A DNA stretch of 63,299 nucleotides, counting the filler, from Klebsormidium nitens (taxonomy: Eukaryota; Plantae; Klebsormidiophyceae): the NCBI GenBank assembly GCA_000708835.1. It is 4 parts of 4 records of this genome, joined end to end, with 100 filler letters (N's around TTAATTAATTAA, not from the genome) between each part and the next. Parts side by side here need not be neighbours in the genome. Positions count along the whole stretch, not along the records: positions 60,623 to 63,299 come from DF238653.1; 3 more parts are not named here. One strand, 5' to 3'. Position 1 is the first letter of the stretch. Every line of letters begins with the position of its first letter. The position numbers were made by a program, and so were the translations under genes. The notes beneath the pieces are model-generated. The model saw only the letters and a program-made list of their open reading frames with translations, had not been told where the DNA came from and searched no databases. This document shows positions 60,623 to 63,299 of this stretch, one piece after another.

Positions 60623-61139
60623 GCACAATTTTGTCCTCATCGGTCAATTCTCCGGGCCTCTTGTGTAGAATCTTGCGATTCACGTGCCTTTGCAGCTCCT
60701 TTCGGCGTTCATTGATCTGGTCCAAGGTCTTCCAATTGGCCGCTTCCCGCTCTGTCAACTGCTGGGGAGGAGGTTTTGCATCTTCCATAAGCTTTCGAAC
60801 ATCCATGTACCGCTTGTAATAGGCATCATAGAGCTGTTTATCATCGGGGAATGCTTTGCGCGCAATCACAAGGAGCGGGTTGATTCCGGTGGCCTGCATT
60901 GACAGCTTTGTGGGATACGCTTCTTGAAAATAATTGATGATCCCGTCGGCATCCTTGATCCAATCGAAGCTGGTAAAGTCTCGTTGCCGTTTGAACCCTT
61001 GAAACAAGCGCATGACATGATTGATATATTGTTGAATCGTCAGATCCTTTCGAGTGCCATCATCGAATGCCGAGCGCAGTAGCCTTTCCCCTTGGGTTAC
61101 GGTGGTTATATGTCTCGTGCTTTCAACAGGCCCTTGCAT
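60623..61139 (-). CDS. N-terminal part of a putative tyrosine recombinase/integrase of Polinton-like-virus/virophage type (3' truncated by gap)
   Basis: Intronless. The pattern TIQQYINHVMRL...FDWIKDADGIINY...LYDAYYKRYM...QLTEREAANWKTLDQINERRKEL resembles, from recall, the N-terminal domain of PLV/virophage YR integrases. The catalytic domain is not visible. Confidence 0.55.
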
Positions 61140-61404
61140 GTTTCACATTATCTGGATACTGCTAAGATTTTTCTGACCATCCGAACGTCCTCAATCCCAG
61201 ATACCATGAATGACCACGTTCAAAATCGATCGCGCGAAATCAAGATGGGTAGCAGCTTTTCACGGTGAAAAGGGTTATGAGAGCCTGTAGAACCCGCCAA
61301 AAAGCAAGATGGCCACTCCATTTTGCTAGCAAAATACACTGGCGCTGGATACTGTGACTGGAGGTGTACAGAATTGCAAAACGGGCTCTTTTGGCGCATT
61401 CCCG

Positions 61405-61956
61405 TTATCTGGGCGACGTTTTTTCAGAGGCTTCGTGAGCCACTCGAGCCTTTGACGGGTTTGCCAACATTTCAAGCCCCAGAAGCGGCTCGCTGTCGTC
61501 CCAAATGATACTTGGGGCACGACACGAATAGGATGAGGAGTCGGCTCTCGGTGTTGCGCAAATCTTGGGAGATGACGCTCCCGTATCATGCTCGTTTGTA
61601 TGTGCCGTTCTAACTCGCAACTTCCGTGCATGGCGTCGTGCTTGAGTTGCGCGATTCAAGGCGCTTCGCCAACTCACTTTCACACCGTACGGCCCGTTCA
61701 ACCCCGACTTATCCCAGAAGGCATCAAAACCCTCGGCAGCCAATGATCGCACGAGCGCTCTGGTTATGTGACCTGGGTCATGCGGTTCGGTAAGCGCTCG
61801 CATGCCACCGAGAGCCGCAGCATCAAGAACGGTTTCAAGCAATCCAAACTGTTGATAGCTTCTTATAATAGCTGAACGAGCGCTCTGTAGCACAGAGCGA
61901 TCCATCTCAAGGATTGCAGAGCGCGATCGGGGGCGATACCTAAGAATATTATCCAT
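61405..61956 (-). CDS. Hypothetical intronless protein (183 aa), possibly viral
   Basis: ATG-initiated ORF, co-oriented with and close to its neighbours. Globular-looking N-terminal half ending GPYGVKVSW, then a disordered tail. No family recognised. Confidence 0.45.
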   Translation of the reverse strand: MDNILRYRPRSRSAILEMDRSVLQSARSAIIRSYQQFGLLETVLDAAALGGMRALTEPHDPGHITRALVRSLAAEGFDAFWDKSGLNGPYGVKVSWRSALNRATQARRHARKLRVRTAHTNEHDTGASSPKICATPRADSSSYSCRAPSIIWDDSEPLLGLEMLANPSKARVAHEASEKTSPR

Positions 61957-62030
61957 GGATGCGACTATTGGTTACGATGCACAAATATAAAACTCAAAGT
62001 ACCAATGCTTTTACTGGGTGCCTTGATTCT

Positions 62031-62561
62031 TCATATAACAGCTCTTGTACGGCTTTGAAGGCTTGACCAACGTCCATTGCTGCTATTGGTATTGTTATTG
62101 TTATTGTTATTGTTATTGTACGTGCCACTTTCAAGTCGCCGTCCGATCACAATTTGGCAAATCTTGTCATCAAAGACAGAATCAACATGAGGCATGCTGG
62201 TGCTTGTACTAAAGGCCGCAACAGAGGAGATTGCGCAGTCCGCAATCGCAAGCATAAATCCCCACAACCCATGTCGGCCTCTGCCTTGATTGATGCGATG
62301 CACCCGTGCCGGCATCTCCGACCTCTGGCGGACCATCTCGAACACTCTATGATCCTTGATGTCGCGCGCAATGAACCCCAAAGGATTCTCGCAATCCGCC
62401 GGGTCAAATATTCCAATAGCATATACGTCATACCCGTTCCCCGAATGCTTGCAAAGCACAAGCTCTTGTCCGGGTCGAAGCTTGCGAATGCGTTCCTGAC
62501 GGCCGTCGAAGCTGACCCAGACGGCTCGGAATAGCATACGTCCACCCGGAAGCTCCTCCAT
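62031..62561 (-). CDS. Stand-alone HIRAN-domain protein (176 aa)
   Basis: VSFDGRQERIRKLRPGQELVLCKHSGNGYDVYAIGIFD...LGFIARD...ARVHRINQG matches the HIRAN consensus (V.F.GRQ..I..L..G..L.L....N.YD..AI.....GYI). Intronless, with a poly-Asn tail. Confidence 0.75.
   Translation of the reverse strand: MEELPGGRMLFRAVWVSFDGRQERIRKLRPGQELVLCKHSGNGYDVYAIGIFDPADCENPLGFIARDIKDHRVFEMVRQRSEMPARVHRINQGRGRHGLWGFMLAIADCAISSVAAFSTSTSMPHVDSVFDDKICQIVIGRRLESGTYNNNNNNNNNTNSSNGRWSSLQSRTRAVI
62088..62119. repeat. (TATTGT)n microsatellite encoding the poly-Asn tract of the HIRAN ORF
   Basis: About five tattgt units. Confidence 0.8.
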
Positions 62562-62599
62562 TAGAGGGATAGTCTGCTTCGTTCAACTGAGCTTATTTC

Positions 62600-63299
62600 T
62601 TAAGCATGTACGATGCAACCCGCAAGTTTTAAAAGATGGATGTTCGAGACGTCGGGTGTCATGATATTGCGCTCATAGTACACCATTGCATAACACAAGC
62701 AAGTCCACACAGAATGCCGCGTACCATTGTCATCGAAAGGCGTGCTCAAATTCAATCATTCCAACGGCCATGCTTTGACATGGTTCGAATGGCCACAATC
62801 GAAGTAAATGGTATGAATCTAAACTCGTAATCTACACTTTCTTGGTGGACCACACCTTGCATACGGCTTTACCTGGCATACATGAGGCCCGTTCCTTATA
62901 ATCATCAACAAGGTGTGGTCAAACTTGAGTAGCCACTTGCTTTGCAAATCAAATATAAAAGCATAATCTTGAACGAAAACCCTCATCGTCACAATATGGC
63001 GCAGTGAGGAGCCCTCATCTTTATTGTCAATAACTCACTCTGTAACGCGAATTCAAATACCTGCACTCAATCCTACCTTGAAGCATTCCATGAATCAAGG
63101 AGCCCGAACAACAATCTGACACTCTTCATTCTGGGTCACCATCGCCAACCACCTAAAGTGAACCCCGTCAACGTACTCTCTCAATGCTGCGGGAATGATT
63201 CGCGACTTCAGAGCAAGTGAATCCTTGAATCGCAACTTCAACAGCTGGGCCATGAGATCTACCCCCACCGGCCCATCGACTGGCCGAGTCCGTGTCTTT
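62600..63299 (-). pseudogene. Degenerate reading frame(s) of unknown family, running off the window end
   Basis: Protein-like stretches (KTRTRPVDGPVGVDLMAQLLKLRF...; VIDNKDEG...DHTLLMII...IHTIYFDCG...DDNGTRHSVWTCLCYAMVYYE) are broken by isolated TGA/TAG stops. Confidence 0.3.

Noticed and set aside
61256-61272. 8-1-8 dyad CTTTTCAC-g-GTGAAAAG upstream of the YR-like ORF
   Set aside because: Short enough to occur by chance in 63 kb. Its resemblance to the MITE TIR is limited to 8 bp.

Overview
Eukaryotic, intron-rich genomic DNA with GC-rich exons, plastid-targeted proteins and a ciliary gene. This best fits a charophyte green alga such as Klebsormidium (inference). Bases 1-55 kb are gene-dense: GCP4 (+), DDX46/PRP5/RH42 (-), PLAA/DOA1 (+), SufE1-BolA (-), plastid phosphoglucomutase (+), a partly gapped Ty3/gypsy LTR retrotransposon (-), an ACOT9-like acyl-CoA thioesterase (+), TEX9 (-), a TPR+MYND protein (+) and chloroplast lipocalin CHL (-). 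A Harbinger-like MITE and an 88-bp palindrome lie between genes. From 55.4 kb the window is mobile or virus-like DNA. A modular array of palindromic 21/39/51/54-bp units is split by a 2,743-bp TIR element (CATCG...CGATG ends, 2-bp TSD, TGCCG-rich subtermini) that carries a tRNA-like Pol III cassette and several perfect dyads. A second CATCG-type terminus sits at the array's right end. Beyond an assembly linker lies an intronless, co-oriented cassette: a tyrosine-recombinase-like ORF resembling Polinton-like-virus/virophage integrases, an unknown ORF and a stand-alone HIRAN ORF. Three joins are synthetic N44-TTAATTAATTAA-N44 spacers, so adjacency across them is unproven. All protein family calls are from motif recognition, not database searches.
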